Source: Eledone cirrhosa
Lineage: Eukaryota
Length of the DNA stretch: 64,000 nucleotides
Reading direction: 5' to 3'
NCBI GenBank assembly: GCA_964016885.1
Contig: OZ024743.1
Location: forward strand, 62,558,001-62,622,000
Below are positions 48,817-62,200 of the stretch, in pieces. The translations under genes were made by a program, and so were the position numbers. Each line of letters opens with the position of its first letter. The stretch's first letter is position 1. Under the pieces are notes generated by a model. The model was not told where the DNA came from. It worked only from the letters and a program-made list of their open reading frames with translations, and did not search any database.

Positions 48817-51800
48817 TCAGGATTTGGGCACCATGACCCATTCGAGAAGAGAATTACTGTTTGCGGAGACATATCCGGGTGTGGGTGGTTTGTCCGGGAT
48901 TACTTGGAGGAATTTGTACAAAGACTTCTTGAATTTTGTGTGGTCAGTTTCTGTTTTGACGTGTCCTGGTGTGATGTTGAAGAGAGCAGGGCCGATTGAG
49001 GTGAAATAATTGTGCCGTATTGTTGTTATGAGTTGCGATTTAGATTTTTGAATGGGACGGATAGCACGGGGCCCAAGCCTTGGGTGTATCTTGAAGGCGA
49101 TGCCAACATCATTTGGGCAGTGATGATGGAACATTTTCCACATCATGCAGATAATAAAACGCTCACGGCGACGTTGGAGTGAGTAAAGTTTCAGGTTTTC
49201 TAATCGACCCCAGTAGTCAAGGTCTGACATGCCATCTATCTTTTTCGTGATTGCCCTTTGAGGAGCTTCAAGTTTCATGATACTTTGTTTCGTGTGGGGA
49301 GACCACAGTGGACAACAGTATTCAAGGTGTGGTCGGGCAAAAGTAGAGAAGAGAAGGATAATGGTGCGGGAATCTCTCGACTGGAAGGTTCTGAGGATCC
49401 AGGAACACATTCTGCGGGCCATGTCAACTTTGCTGCTTATATGCGTGGTCCAGCTTATGTTGCTGTCCACGGTTACTCCCAAGTCTCTGATGTTGTTAGA
49501 TGCCACGAGAGTTTCCCCGGAGGGAAGGGAGTACGGGAGTTTCAGAGCATCCTCTTTTCCAAAGTGGATCAGTTCGAATTTGTCTTCGTTCAGTAACATG
49601 TTGTTCTTTTCTGCCCATTGGGTAACAGCCAGTAGGTCTGACTGAAGGCTTATCCGGTCATCCACGCCATTGATGACCTTTTGGAGCTTGGAATCATCAG
49701 CGAAAATTTTAATGTTGCTGTGTTTGATGATGTCAGTGATGTCATTAATATAGATGATGAAGAGAAGTGGGCCCAACACAGTGCCTTGTGGGACCCCACT
49801 ACTGACTTTGGCTGGGCTTGATTTGACTCCCTCAACTACAACATGTTGGGTTCTGTTTGACAGGAAGCTCTTGATCCACTGCAGCAGCTTTCCAGTGACA
49901 CCAATATTGGACAGCTTTCTCAGTAGAATGTTATGATCAACCCTGTCAAAGGCCTTGCTGAAATCAAGGTAGATAACATCAGTGTTGGAACCCTCTCCCA
50001 AGGCTCTCAAAATGTCATCAAAGTGATGCAGTAGCTGCGTCAGGCAATCCCTTCCATTACGGAATCCATGCTGGTTGGAGTTCAGCATATTGTTACTCTC
50101 AAGGAAGTGGGTCATTCGCGATCTCACCACTCTCTCAAATACCTTAATGATATGAGAGGTGAGTGAGATTGGACGGTAATTCACGGCAAGGGATTTGTTT
50201 CCCTTTTTGAAAACTGGGACAACAGACTGGGATAGAAGGTTTTCTGGCACATATCCAGCATCCAGTGAGTTCCGCCACAGATTGGCAAGAGGAGATGCAA
50301 GTTGGTGTTGACACGCCTTCAAGACACAAGCAGGGAACCTATCGGGACCTACTGCTGAATTATGCTTGATTTCCTTTATTGCCGCCAAGACATCAGGGGC
50401 GCCAAACGTTATGTCCGATAAGGTGTAATGGGGAGTAACATCGCCGATACAGCCCAGATTGGCCATATCAGGATTGCTGAAAACAGAGCAGTATTGTTTC
50501 TGCAGTATCTCACCCATGGTTTTAGCATTGTCTTGAAGAGTGCCATTTTCATCAATTAGAGGGCCAACAGTAGAGCCAGTGATTTTGTGTTTTTTTGCAA
50601 ATGAAAAGAACACTTTGGGATTGAGTTTGATCTTCTCAATGGCCCAGGCCTCTTCAGCTCTTCTCTGATTGTTGATGAGGGACATTATGTTGTTTTGGAG
50701 GTTATGTTTTTTAATCTCTAGTGATGAAATGGCAGTCAAGTTGATGTGTTGCTGCTGACAGTATTTCAGCTTGTTGATTTTTTTGTTCGTTCTCTTAATT
50801 TTTCTGATGAGCGTTTTTCTATTTCTAGGGATTCTGCTCTTAGATTTGTTTTTAGTTCTTAATGGGGTGTGTTTAGCACATATGTTTGTAACAGTGTCCA
50901 CAAATGTCTGCCAGGACTTTTTGATGTTAGTGGGTGTATGAGTGTGCGTGAAAGACCAGTCGACATGTGCAAGATCATGACTGATCGCTTCCCAGTTTGC
51001 ATTGTGGAAATCCATAGCGTCAAACGGATGGACAGGAGAGATGACATTGGGTTTGTATATTGGACGGTGGAATCTCAGATCACAGAGAACCATGTCATGA
51101 TCAGAGAGTAGAGTTTTCTCCACTGCAATATTGTGGATATTGTCAGTGTGATTGCTGAAAATTAAGTCTAGGACGTTTTTGTGGCACCTCGTTGGTTCGA
51201 GCACCAGTTGGGATAGGAAGAAATCATCCATGAAGTCAAGAAGCGATTCCACAGCTTCCCTGTCAGAGGTTGAGGCAGAAGAACCTGGTGGCAGGCTGTT
51301 TGTGGATCAGTCAACTCCGGGGAGGTTGAAGTCCCCCATCATTAAGATGTTGTCAGGGTGACACTCTTGGATGAAACACTTTATGCTGTTGAGGCATTCC
51401 TTGAAGCATGGTACAGGCGTTTGGGGTGGCCTATAGAGCCCAACTACTAATAGGTTGTTGGTTTGACTGAATACAGTGACTGCTTCACAGTATCCATTAG
51501 TGAATATGTTCATAGCCTCTGTTGAGAAAGAATTATGGACATAAATGGCAGTTCCGCCCTTTCTTCTGCCAGCGCGATCAGCACGGATGGCTTTGAAATT
51601 TTTCACTTTCACCTCGGCTTCCAAGTGGAGGTTACTGAGATGGGTTTCAGTGAGGACGAAGAAAGGGATGTGGTTTGGATGGACATCAATCCAGTCCTCC
51701 AGGAATTTGATCTTCCATTTTTGAGTATTGGTGGAAGGGCTGATGCCTTGGGCGTTAAGCAAAAATGTAGAGGCGAGAGTGGATGGTTTTAATTGTTTTG

Positions 51801-51954
51801 GTGTGTTGTTAATTTGTTTGTTTGTTAATGGCAGCAATGGGAGTTTGTGCAGTGGGGTGACAGTGGAGGGTGGTGCTGGGTGATAGCTCGAATGTTTTTT
51901 TCCAGTTCTTTTGCCAGATTCATTATGGCTAAAAAAGAGGAAGAAGTTTCCTGT
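48817..51954 (-). pseudogene. ORF2 (apurinic endonuclease + reverse transcriptase) with one in-frame nonsense codon
   Basis: ORFs 51307-51837 (LNAQG, LTETHL, YRPP, GDFN) and 48817-51252 (SDH, NYRPISLTS, FADD) share one frame, separated by TGA at 51307-51309 (probably from TGG). Confidence 0.85.
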
Positions 51955-52430
51955 TTAGAAGACTGTTGGTGACTGTGGTAGTGGTTATTTTTATGTAGGT
52001 TATGGTTTTTGTTTTTGCTTTTATTTTTAATTTTATTTTCATTTGTCCGACGGGTCCCCGGGAGATGGGTAAAGGGACAATCCCGGTCTAAACACAATCT
52101 GTCTCGCAGGGAAAAGCGGCAGATTTGTGGATTCCTTGTTTGAGTTATTGGTGGTTGTGTTGGTGTTAAATTAGAGTATGTATTATGGTGGTGGCTGTTT
52201 GTGGGGATAGATCGTTTTGTCCTAGGTAAATGGGTGAATTTGCAGCCACTATCCGTACATATTCTATAGCGTAGAGAGTAGCGGCAAATGATGGGGTTTC
52301 GAGTGGGTGGGTATGTGGGTGTGTGTGTTGTGAGAGGTGTAGATGATGGTTTGGGTAGGATTTGACGACCTTTGTGGACTGTGGGAGGGAGAGTTCTTGT
52401 TCTGGTATTAGAAGGTAAATTCCTTGACAT
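51825..52430 (-). CDS. LINE ORF1 (~201 aa) with two CCCH-type zinc fingers
   Basis: MSRNLP...; [19 protein letters not shown] and [19 protein letters not shown] (C-x8-C-x4-C-x3-H). May be 5'-truncated. Confidence 0.7.
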   Translation of the reverse strand: MSRNLPSNTRTRTLPPTVHKGRQILPKPSSTPLTTHTPTYPPTRNPIICRYSLRYRICTDSGCKFTHLPRTKRSIPTNSHHHNTYSNLTPTQPPITQTRNPQICRFSLRDRLCLDRDCPFTHLPGTRRTNENKIKNKSKNKNHNLHKNNHYHSHQQSSKQETSSSFLAIMNLAKELEKNIRAITQHHPPLSPHCTNSHCCH

Positions 52431-52498
52431 AGCAGTAGACAAAAATGTTGTAGTAGTAGTAGTAGTAGTAGGCAGAGATGTTGGCAGTGATATACATA

Positions 52499-52600
<102 letters not shown>

Positions 52601-52629
52601 CGTATATATATATATATATGTACATATAT

Positions 52630-55600
52630 ATCATCATCACCGTTTTACGTCCGTTCTTCCACGCTAGCATGGGTTAGACGGGTTGTCCTGTTGTGGGCAG
52701 TGTCTGGTCGGCTGACCATGCCTTGCTCATACAGGAACTGATCTGGCTTGATTTCTACAGCTGGATGCCCTTCCTAACACCAACCTCATTTACAGTGAGT
52801 GCTGGGTGCTTTTTCGTGGTGCCTACACGTCCACTTTACAGTGTGGGCTGGGTGCTTTTTTGCCGTGGCACCTCCACGACCACCTTGCGGTGGGGGGGGG
52901 GGCATATTGTTTATATGCTTCAGCATGTACCCATGGGAGTTCGGGTACCCTGTATTACTGCGTGACGCCAGAAGTCACGGTCGTGTGTCATTGACTTTGA
53001 GAGGTGTAGTTGGGTAAGGTCGGCTTTTATCACCTCATCCCAAGTCATCTTGGGTCTCCCCACTCCGCGGTTTCCATCAACTTCTAGTGCTCTGCCCCTT
53101 TTTATGCAGCTGTCATCCTTCATACGCATCACATGTCCATACCAGCGTAACCGCCTCTCCTGCACGCAGCATTTGATTCCTCTTATGCTCAGTCTCTCTC
53201 TCAATTCCTTTATGCTTTGTCGTTCACGTATATTACTGTTACACATCCATCGGAGCATGCAGGCTTCGTTTCTCTCTAATCTACGTAAGTCTTCCACCTT
53301 CAGCGCCCAGGTCTCACTACCATGCAACATCGCTGTTCGGATACACGCATCATACAGTCTGCCTTTCATTCTGAGGGAGAAGCCTTTTGCAGCTAGCAGT
53401 GGTAGTAGTTCCCTAAACTTCTTCCATCCCGTTCTTACCCTAGTTATTGTACTTTCTGAGCACCCACCTCCGTTGCTAATTCGGTCACCTAGGTAGCAGA
53501 AGCTGTCTACTGTTTCTACAGGGCCCTCCCAGAGATTGGTGGTACTTGTTTCCTGTGGCTGTTTGCTTGCTGTTTCAGCACAGCTGCTGCATGTGAATCC
53601 TACATTCTTAATTAAGCTTCCTGAGATCCCGCTACATCTCTTGTGTACCCATTGTTTGCATTTGGGGCAGAGAATGGAGTTCCTACCTACACCTTTCCTA
53701 CATACTGAGCAAGGCCATTTCCCTGAGGGGATCTGGGTTCTGTTTTCTCGTCTACTTATAAGGACCTTAGTCTTTGTCATGTTGACTTTGAGGCCCTTTC
53801 TCTCTAGTCCCTGCTTCCAGGTTTGGAATTTATTCTCTAGTTCTACCATAGATTCAGCTATGAGTGCGAGGTCATCAGCATACAGGAGTTCCCATGGGCA
53901 TCCGGTCTTAAACTCCTCCGTTATTGCCTGCAGGACTATGATGAACAGGAGAGGGCTAAGAACAGAGCCCTGGTGGACCCCAACCTGTACGCTAAATTCC
54001 TCGCTATACTCATTGCCAATCCTAACTTTGCTGACTGCTCCCCTATACATGGCTTGTACCGCTTTCACAAGCCATTCATCTACTCCTAGTTTTCTAAGAG
54101 CCCACCAGATTACTGCACGTGGGACTCTGTCAAAGGCTTTCTCAAGGTCGACAAATGCCAAGTAGAGTGGCTTACTTTTAGCTAGGTACTTTTCCTGTAA
54201 TTGCCTCACAAGGAAGAGGGCATCAGTGGTGCCTTTCCCTGGTACAAACCCAAATTGCATCTCGTCTATATTCACCCGGTCCCTAATCAGCTGTGCTATA
54301 ACTCTTTCTGTTACTTTCATGACCTGGTCCATCAACTTTATACCTCTATAGTTTCCTCTATCTAGTGCATCGCCTTTACCTTTGTAGCAGTTGACAATGA
54401 TGCTACTGCACCAATCTTTTGGTATGGCCCCCTCTAGTATTACCTGGTTAACGATACGTGTGGTTATAGTGTGACCTACAGACCCAGATGCCTTCAGCAT
54501 CTCGGCAGCTATACCCGATGGACCGGTTGCCTTCCCTATCTTCATATCTCTGATTGCCTTACTTACTACGCTGCCGCTGACTTGTACTGCTGGTCCCTCT
54601 ATAGGGTCTACGTGGGGTAGGGTCTCTTCTTCCCATGCATTCTCCTCATTTAGTAATCTATCATAATGACTCTTCCATGCATCTTTCTTCTCAGCACTTG
54701 TGAGGGCAAGCTCACCTTTATCATTCCGGATACACTTCTCTCCAATGACATCACAACTATCTCTGACACACTGCCTCGCAATCTTGAATACCTCCTGTTT
54801 CTGGTCCTCACGTTGTAAAACATGCTTGAATTTTCTATCCTCTGCTTCCCTCCTAGCTAAGTATACTTGTCGCCTAGCTTCCCTCTTGGTCTCTATGTAA
54901 TGTACCCTGCTCCCCCCGTTCTTCCATTCTTTCCATGCCTGTCTCTTGGCCTTGACTGCTTCATCTACCTTATTGTTCCACCACCAAGTCACTCTCCTCC
55001 TGCTTGAGGTCTTACTCCAGCCACAAACCTCATCCGTCGCCTCTAGTAAGTTATTTTTTAGGAACTCCCAGTTCTCTTCTACGTTAAATGTCTCTATCTG
55101 TTCTTCTTTACTGTCGTAGGCGTTGAGTAAAATATCTTTAAATCTGTTACTGGTTGAGGGGACTTTCAGCTTCCAGATCTTTCTTCTCCAGGTTGGCCTC
55201 TGTTTCAGGGCTCGTCTAGTTCTGACCGTGAGGTCGCTGACAACTAAGCTATGTTGGGATGTACATTCCTCACTAGGGAAGGCTTTTGTGTTTACGACCG
55301 TCCATCTGTCACGTCCTCTGATGAGGATAAAATCTAACTGACTAGAGTGCTCCCCTGATCTATAGGTGATCAGGTGGTTGTCGGGTTTTTTAAAGTTTGT
55401 GTTACATATCGACATGTCATTGGCGTCGCAGAATTCTAGAAGTCTGAATCCTTCCTCATTCCTTGTGCCAACTCCATGGCCTCCATGTACTCTATTGAAG
55501 CCGTCGCAGTGTTTACCTACGTGTCCGTTAAAATCTCCTGCAATGATTAGGAAGTCCTTGTCGTCTGTTAGAGCAGTAGTGTGTATTAGGGACTCGTAAA

Positions 55601-56280
55601 ACCTATCCTTAAGTTCGTCTGGCAGCCCCGATTGGGGTGCGTAAGCTGATATTATTGTGGTAATTGTCTTATTCAGGACTAGTCTGAGTTTAATGATTCT
55701 TGCATTTACCCTGTACACTGAGATTACTTTATCTACCCACTTGTCAGCTAATAGTATACCTACACCACCCATCCCATCGTCATTTCCCACCCAGAAAAAT
55801 TTGTAGCACTGGCTTTTTCCTACAAGGACTCTAGCAGACCCTCCTCTCCATCTAGTCTCTTGCACACAGCATACATCAACTTCCTTTCGCTCTAGCATTT
55901 CTACGATTTCTCCTGCTCTTCCTTTCATTGAGCCTACATTGATGGTACCAACTCGGAGTTTTGGGCATTTGTCGACACTCGTAGGGGAGGGTCTCTGGGT
56001 TGGCGCTTCACGTGGGTGCTTGGTAGCTCGCAGATTCATATTTCATCTATTGATTCAGAGTTGCTCGTGTATTCCCAGCTCATCCATCCATAACGGTGGG
56101 AAAATTGAGGCCTAGAAGAACAGTGGTGGTGGGGTAATGGCAGGGTGTGTTGGGATGCGCCAGAGGAGGAGAGAGTTAGTTAGGCAGGTAGTAGCAGCAG
56201 CAGTGGAAATGGCATGCTAGGTTTGATTGGTCGAATAGACTATGGTGGTGTGTGGGGGTGTGGGGAGGGAAATTGTGAGG
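52630..56280 (-). mobile_element. Apparently full-length RTE-clade LINE, family C
   Basis: 5' UTR, single intact ORF, 3' UTR, and (GAT)n tail running into (TA)n. Confidence 0.95.
52920..56039 (-). CDS. RTE endonuclease/reverse transcriptase, 1039 aa, intact
   Basis: APE motifs (GTINVG, QETRW, SAYAPQ, GDFNGH, SQH), RT motifs (YRGIKL, YADD), Cys-rich PHD-like finger, RRLRWYGH. Confidence 0.95.
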   Translation of the reverse strand: MNLRATKHPREAPTQRPSPTSVDKCPKLRVGTINVGSMKGRAGEIVEMLERKEVDVCCVQETRWRGGSARVLVGKSQCYKFFWVGNDDGMGGVGILLADKWVDKVISVYRVNARIIKLRLVLNKTITTIISAYAPQSGLPDELKDRFYESLIHTTALTDDKDFLIIAGDFNGHVGKHCDGFNRVHGGHGVGTRNEEGFRLLEFCDANDMSICNTNFKKPDNHLITYRSGEHSSQLDFILIRGRDRWTVVNTKAFPSEECTSQHSLVVSDLTVRTRRALKQRPTWRRKIWKLKVPSTSNRFKDILLNAYDSKEEQIETFNVEENWEFLKNNLLEATDEVCGWSKTSSRRRVTWWWNNKVDEAVKAKRQAWKEWKNGGSRVHYIETKREARRQVYLARREAEDRKFKHVLQREDQKQEVFKIARQCVRDSCDVIGEKCIRNDKGELALTSAEKKDAWKSHYDRLLNEENAWEEETLPHVDPIEGPAVQVSGSVVSKAIRDMKIGKATGPSGIAAEMLKASGSVGHTITTRIVNQVILEGAIPKDWCSSIIVNCYKGKGDALDRGNYRGIKLMDQVMKVTERVIAQLIRDRVNIDEMQFGFVPGKGTTDALFLVRQLQEKYLAKSKPLYLAFVDLEKAFDRVPRAVIWWALRKLGVDEWLVKAVQAMYRGAVSKVRIGNEYSEEFSVQVGVHQGSVLSPLLFIIVLQAITEEFKTGCPWELLYADDLALIAESMVELENKFQTWKQGLERKGLKVNMTKTKVLISRRENRTQIPSGKWPCSVCRKGVGRNSILCPKCKQWVHKRCSGISGSLIKNVGFTCSSCAETASKQPQETSTTNLWEGPVETVDSFCYLGDRISNGGGCSESTITRVRTGWKKFRELLPLLAAKGFSLRMKGRLYDACIRTAMLHGSETWALKVEDLRRLERNEACMLRWMCNSNIRERQSIKELRERLSIRGIKCCVQERRLRWYGHVMRMKDDSCIKRGRALEVDGNRGVGRPKMTWDEVIKADLTQLHLSKSMTHDRDFWRHAVIQGTRTPMGTC

Positions 56281-59200
56281 TAGGAACTGAGGGTCGCATG
56301 GTAAATATCCAAGTTAATACTACATCAGTAAAATTAACAATAATAACGTCATGAAAAACTACTAAGAGAAACCCTCGAAAATTTATTGCTAATACAGCAG
56401 GGAAATTTTAACGCTAATACAGCAGGGAACATCATAATATTAACGACAATATGTAGGCTAAAATACCTTCGTAGATTAGATGGATGGCTGGAAAAATTGG
56501 AATCAGCTCTAGTGATACATTTTAGCAGAGAAGAATGGGAAAGTGTCTTATCTCTTCAATATTTTCAGATTGAATGAATTAGGTTAAAGACAGGGTAGTA
56601 GCCTTAAAGAAGTGCATAGAGAGGGGGGTAGGAACTGAGGGTCGCATGGTAAATAACTGAGAGAGATACAATAGGATTAGAATACCGCATGGTAAATATC
56701 CAAGTTAATAAGTTAATACTACATCAGTAAAATTAACAATAATAACGTCATGAAAAACTACTAAGAGAAACCCTCGAAAATTTATCGCTAATACAGCAGG
56801 GAAAATTTAACGCTAATACAGCAGGGAACATCATAATATTAACGACAATATGTAGGCTAAAATACCTTCGTAGATTAGATGGATGGCTGGAAAAATTGGA
56901 ATCAGCTCTAGTGATACATTTTAGCAGAGAAGAATGGGAAAGTGTCTTATCTCTTCAATATTTTCAGATTGAATGAATTAGGTTAAAGACAGGGGAGTAG
57001 CCTTAAAGAAGTGCATAGAGAGGGTGGGGGTAGGAACTGAGGGTCGCATGGTAAATAACTGAGAGAGATACAATAGGATTAGAATACCGCATGGTAAATA
57101 TCCAAGTTAATACTACATCAGTAAAATTAACAATAATAACGTCATGAAAAACTACTAAGAGAAACCCTCGAAAATTTATTGCTAATACAGCAGGGAAAAT
57201 TTAACGCTAATACAGCAGGGAACATCATAATATTAACGACAATATGTAGGCTAAAATACCTTCGTAGATTAGATGGATGGCTGGAAAAATTGGAATCAGC
57301 TCTAGTGATACATTTTAGCAGAGAAGAATGGGAAAGTGTCTTATCTCTTCAATATTTTCAGATTGAATGAATTAGGTTAAAGACAGGGTAGTAGCCTTAA
57401 AGAAGTGCATAGAGAGGGGGGGTAGGAACTGAGGGTCGCATGGTAAATAACTGAGAGAGATACAATAGGATTAGAATACCGCATGGTAAATATCCAAGTT
57501 AATAAGTTAATACTACATCAGTAAAATTAACAATAATAACGTCATGAAAAACTACTAAGAGAAACCCTCGAAAATTTATTGCTAATACAGTAGGGAAAAT
57601 TTAACGCTAATACAGCAGGGAACATCATAATATTAACGACAATATGTAGGCTAAAATACCTTCGTAGATTAGATGGATGGCTGGAAAAATTGGAATCAGC
57701 TCTAGTGATACATTTTAGCAGAGAAGAATGGGAAAGTGTCTTATCTCTTCAATATTTTCAGATTGAATGAATTAGGTTAAAGACGGGGTAGTAGCCTTAA
57801 AGAAGTGCATAGAGAGGGGGGGTAGGAACTGAGGGTCGCATGGTAAATAACTGAGAGAGATACAATAGGATTAGAATACCGCATGGTAATATCCAAGTTA
57901 ATACTACATCAGTAAAATTAACAATAATAACGTCATGAAAAACTACTAAGAGAAACCCTCGAAAATTTATTGCTAATACAGCAGGGAAAATTTAACGCTA
58001 ATACAGCAGGGAACATCATAATATTAACGACAATATGTAAGCTAAAATACCTTCGTAGATTAGATGGATGGCTGGAAAAATTGGAATCAGCTCTAGTGAT
58101 ACATTTTAGCAGAGAAGAATGGGAAAGTGTCTTATCTCTTCAATATTTTCAGAATGAATGAATTAGGTTAAAGACAGGGTAGTAGCCTTAAAGAAGTGCA
58201 TAGAGAGGGGGGTAGGAACTGAGGGTCGCATGGTAAATAACTGAGAGAGATACAATAGGATTAGAATACCGCATGGTAAATATCCAAGTTAATAAGTTAA
58301 TACTACATCAGTAAAATTAACAATAATAACGTCATGAAAAACTACTAAGAGAAACCCTCGAAAATTTATCGCTAATACAGCAGGGAAAATTTAACGCTAA
58401 TACAGCAGGGAACATCATAATATTAACGACAATATGTAGGCTAAAATACCTTCGTAGATTAGATGGATGGCTGGAAAAATTGGAATCAGCTCTAGTGATA
58501 CATTTTAGCAGAGAAGAATGGGAAAGTGTCTTATCTCTTCAATATTTTCAGATTGAATGAATTAGGTTAAAGACAGGGGTAGTAGCCTTAAAGAAGTGCA
58601 TAGAGAGGGGGGTAGGAACTGAGGGTCGCATGGTAAATAACTGAGAGAGATACAATAGGATTAGAATACCGCATGGTAATATCCAAGTTAATACTACATC
58701 AGTAAAATTAACAATAATAACGTCATGAAAAACTACTAAGAGAAACCCTCGAAAATTTATTGCTAATACAGCAGGGAAAATTTAACGCTAATACAGCAGG
58801 GAACATCATAATATTAACGACAATATGTAAGCTAAAATACCTTCGTAGATTAGATGGATGGCTGGAAAAATTGGAATCAGCTCTAGTGATACATTTTAGC
58901 AGAGAAGAATGGGAAAGTGTCTTATCTCTTCAATATTTTCAGATTGAATGAATTAGGTTAAAGACAGGGTAGTAGCCTTAAAGAAGTGCATAGAGAGGGG
59001 GGGTAGGAACTGAGGGTCGCATGGTAAATAACTGAGAGAGATACAATAGGATTAGAATACCGCATGGTAAATATCCAAGTTAATAAGTTAATACTACATC
59101 AGTAAAATTAACAATAATAACGTCATGAAAAACTACTAAGAGAAACCCTCGAAAATTTATCGCTAATACAGCAGGGAAAATTTAACGCTAATACAGCAGG

Positions 59201-62200
59201 GAACATCATAATATTAACGACAATATGTAGGCTAAAATACCTTCGTAGATTAGATGGATGGCTGGAAAAATTGGAATCAGCTCTAGTGATACATTTTAGC
59301 AGAGAAGAATGGGAAAGTGTCTTATCTCTTCAATATTTTCAGATTGAATGAATTAGGTTAAAGACAGGGGAGTAGCCTTAAAGAAGTGCATAGAGAGGGT
59401 GGGGGTAGGAACTGAGGGTCGCATGGTAAATAACTGAGAGAGATACAATAGGATTAGAATACCGCATGGTAAATATCCAAGTTAATACTACATCAGTAAA
59501 ATTAACAATAATAACGTCATGAAAAACTACTAAGAGAAACCCTCGAAAATTTATTGCTAATACAGCAGGGAAAATTTAACGCTAATACAGCAGGGAACAT
59601 CATAATATTAACGACAATATGTAGGCTAAAATACCTTCGTAGATTAGATGGATGGCTGGAAAAATTGGAATCAGCTCTAGTGATACATTTTAGCAGAGAA
59701 GAATGGGAAAGTGTCTTATCTCTTCAATATTTTCAGATTGAATGAATTAGGTTAAAGACAGGGTAGTAGCCTTAAAGAAGTGCATAGAGAGGGGGGGGTA
59801 GGAACTGAGGGTCGCATGGTAAATAACTGAGAGAGATACAATAGGATTAGAATACCGCATGGTAAATATCCAAGTTAATAAGTTAATACTACATCAGTAA
59901 AATTAATAATAACGTCATGAAAAACTACTAAGAGAAACCCTCGAAAATTTATTGCTAATACAGCAGGGAAAATTTAACGCTAATACAGCAGGGAACATCA
60001 TAATATTAACGACAATATGTAGGCTAAAATACCTTCGTAGATTAGATGGATGGCTGGAAAAAGTGGAATCAGCTCTAGTGATACATTTTAGCAGAGAAGA
60101 ATGGGAAAGTGTCTTATCTCTTCAATATTTTCAGATTGAATGAATTAGGTTAAAGACGGGGTAGTAGCCTTAAAGAAGTGCATAGAGAGGGGGGGTAGGA
60201 ACTGAGGGTCGCATGGTAAATAACTGAGAGAGATACAATAGGATTAGAATACCGCATGGTAATATCCAAGTTAATACTACATCAGTAAAATTAACAATAA
60301 TAACGTCATGAAAAACTACTAAGAGAAACCCTCGAAAATTTATTGCTAATACAGCAGGGAAAATTTAACGCTAATACAGCAGGGAACATCATAATATTAA
60401 CGACAATATGTAGGCTAAAATACCTTCGTAGATTAGATGGATGGCTGGAAAAATTGGAATCAGCTCTAGTGATACATTTTAGCAGAGAAGAATGGGAAAG
60501 TGTCTTATCTCTTCAATATTTTCAGATTGAATGAATTAGGTTAAAGACAGGGTAGTAGCCTTAAATAAGTGCATAGAGAGAGGGGGTAGGAACTGAGGGT
60601 CGCATGGTAAATAACTGAGAGAGATACAATAGGATTAGAATACCGCATGGTAAATATCCAAGTTAATACTACATCAGTAAAATTAACAATAATAACGTCA
60701 TGAAAAACTACTAAGAGAAACCCTCGAAAATGTATTGCTAATACAGCAGGGAAAATTTAACGCTAATACAGCAGGGAAAATCATAATATTAACGACAATA
60801 TGTAGGCTAAAATACCTTCGTAGATTAGATGGAGGGCTGGAAAAATTGGAATCAGCTCTAGTGATACATTTTAGCAGAGAAGAATGGGAAAGTGTCTTAT
60901 CTCTTCAATATTTTCAGATTGAATGAATTAGGTTAAAGACGGGGTAGTAGCCTTAAAGAAGTGCATAGAGAGGGGGGGTAGGAACTGAGGGTCGCATGGT
61001 AAATAACTGAGAGAGATACAATAGGATTAGAATACCGCATGGTAATATCCAAGTTAATACTACATCAGTAAAATTAACAATAATAACGTCATGAAAAACT
61101 ACTAAGAGAAACCCTCGAAAATTTATTGCTAATACAGCAGGGAAAATTTAACGCTAATACAGCAGGGAACATCATAATATTAACGACAATATGTAAGCTA
61201 AAATACCTTCGTAGATTAGATGGATGGCTGGAAAAATTGGAATCAGCTCTAGTGATACATTTTAGCAGAGAAGAATGGGAAAGTGTCTTATCTCTTCAAT
61301 ATTTTCAGATTGAATGAATTAGGTTAAAGACAGGGTAGTAGCCTTAAAGAAGTGCATAGAGAGGGGGGGTAGGAACTGAGGGTCGCATGGTAAATAACTG
61401 AGAGAGATACAATAGGATTAGAATACCGCATGGTAAATATCCAAGTTAATAAGTTAATACTACATCAGTAAAATTAACAATAATAACGTCATGAAAAACT
61501 ACTAAGAGAAACCCTCGAAAATTTATCGCTAAATCAGCAGGGAAAATTTAACGCTAATACAGCAGGGAACATCATAATATTAACGACAATATGTAGGCTA
61601 AAATACCTTCGTAGATTAGATGGATGGCTGGAAAAATTGGAATCAGCTCTAGTGATACATTTTAGCAGAGAAGAATGGGAAAGTGTCTTATCTCTTCAAT
61701 ATTTTCAGATTGAATGAATTAGGTTAAAGACAGGGGAGTAGCCTTAAAGAAGTGCATAGAGAGGGTGGGGGTAGGAACTGAGGGTCGCATGGTAAATAAC
61801 TGAGAGAGATACAATAGGATTAGAATACCGCATGGTAAATATCCAAGTTAATACTACATCAGTAAAATTAACAATAATAACGTCATGAAAAACTACTAAG
61901 AGAAACCCTCGAAAATTTATTGCTAATACAGCAGGGAAAATTTAACGCTAATACAGCAGGGAACATCATAATATTAACGACAATATGTAGGCTAAAATAC
62001 CTTCGTAGATTAGATGGATGGCTGGAAAAATTGGAATCAGCTCTAGCGATACATTTTAGCAGAGAAGAATGGGAAAGTGTCTTATCTCTTCAATATTTTC
62101 AGATTGAATGAATTAGGTTAAAGACAGGGTAGTAGCCTTAAAGAAGTGCATAGAGAGGGGGGTAGGAACTGAGGGTCGCATGGTAAATAACTGAGAGAGA

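Larger units (their letters stand above)
48718..52490 (-). mobile_element. Near-full-length CR1/L2-group LINE, family D, two ORFs
   Basis: ORF1, then APE-RT ORF2; 10-bp tail repeat (TTCAAAGTTA)3; (TA)n on both sides. Confidence 0.92.
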
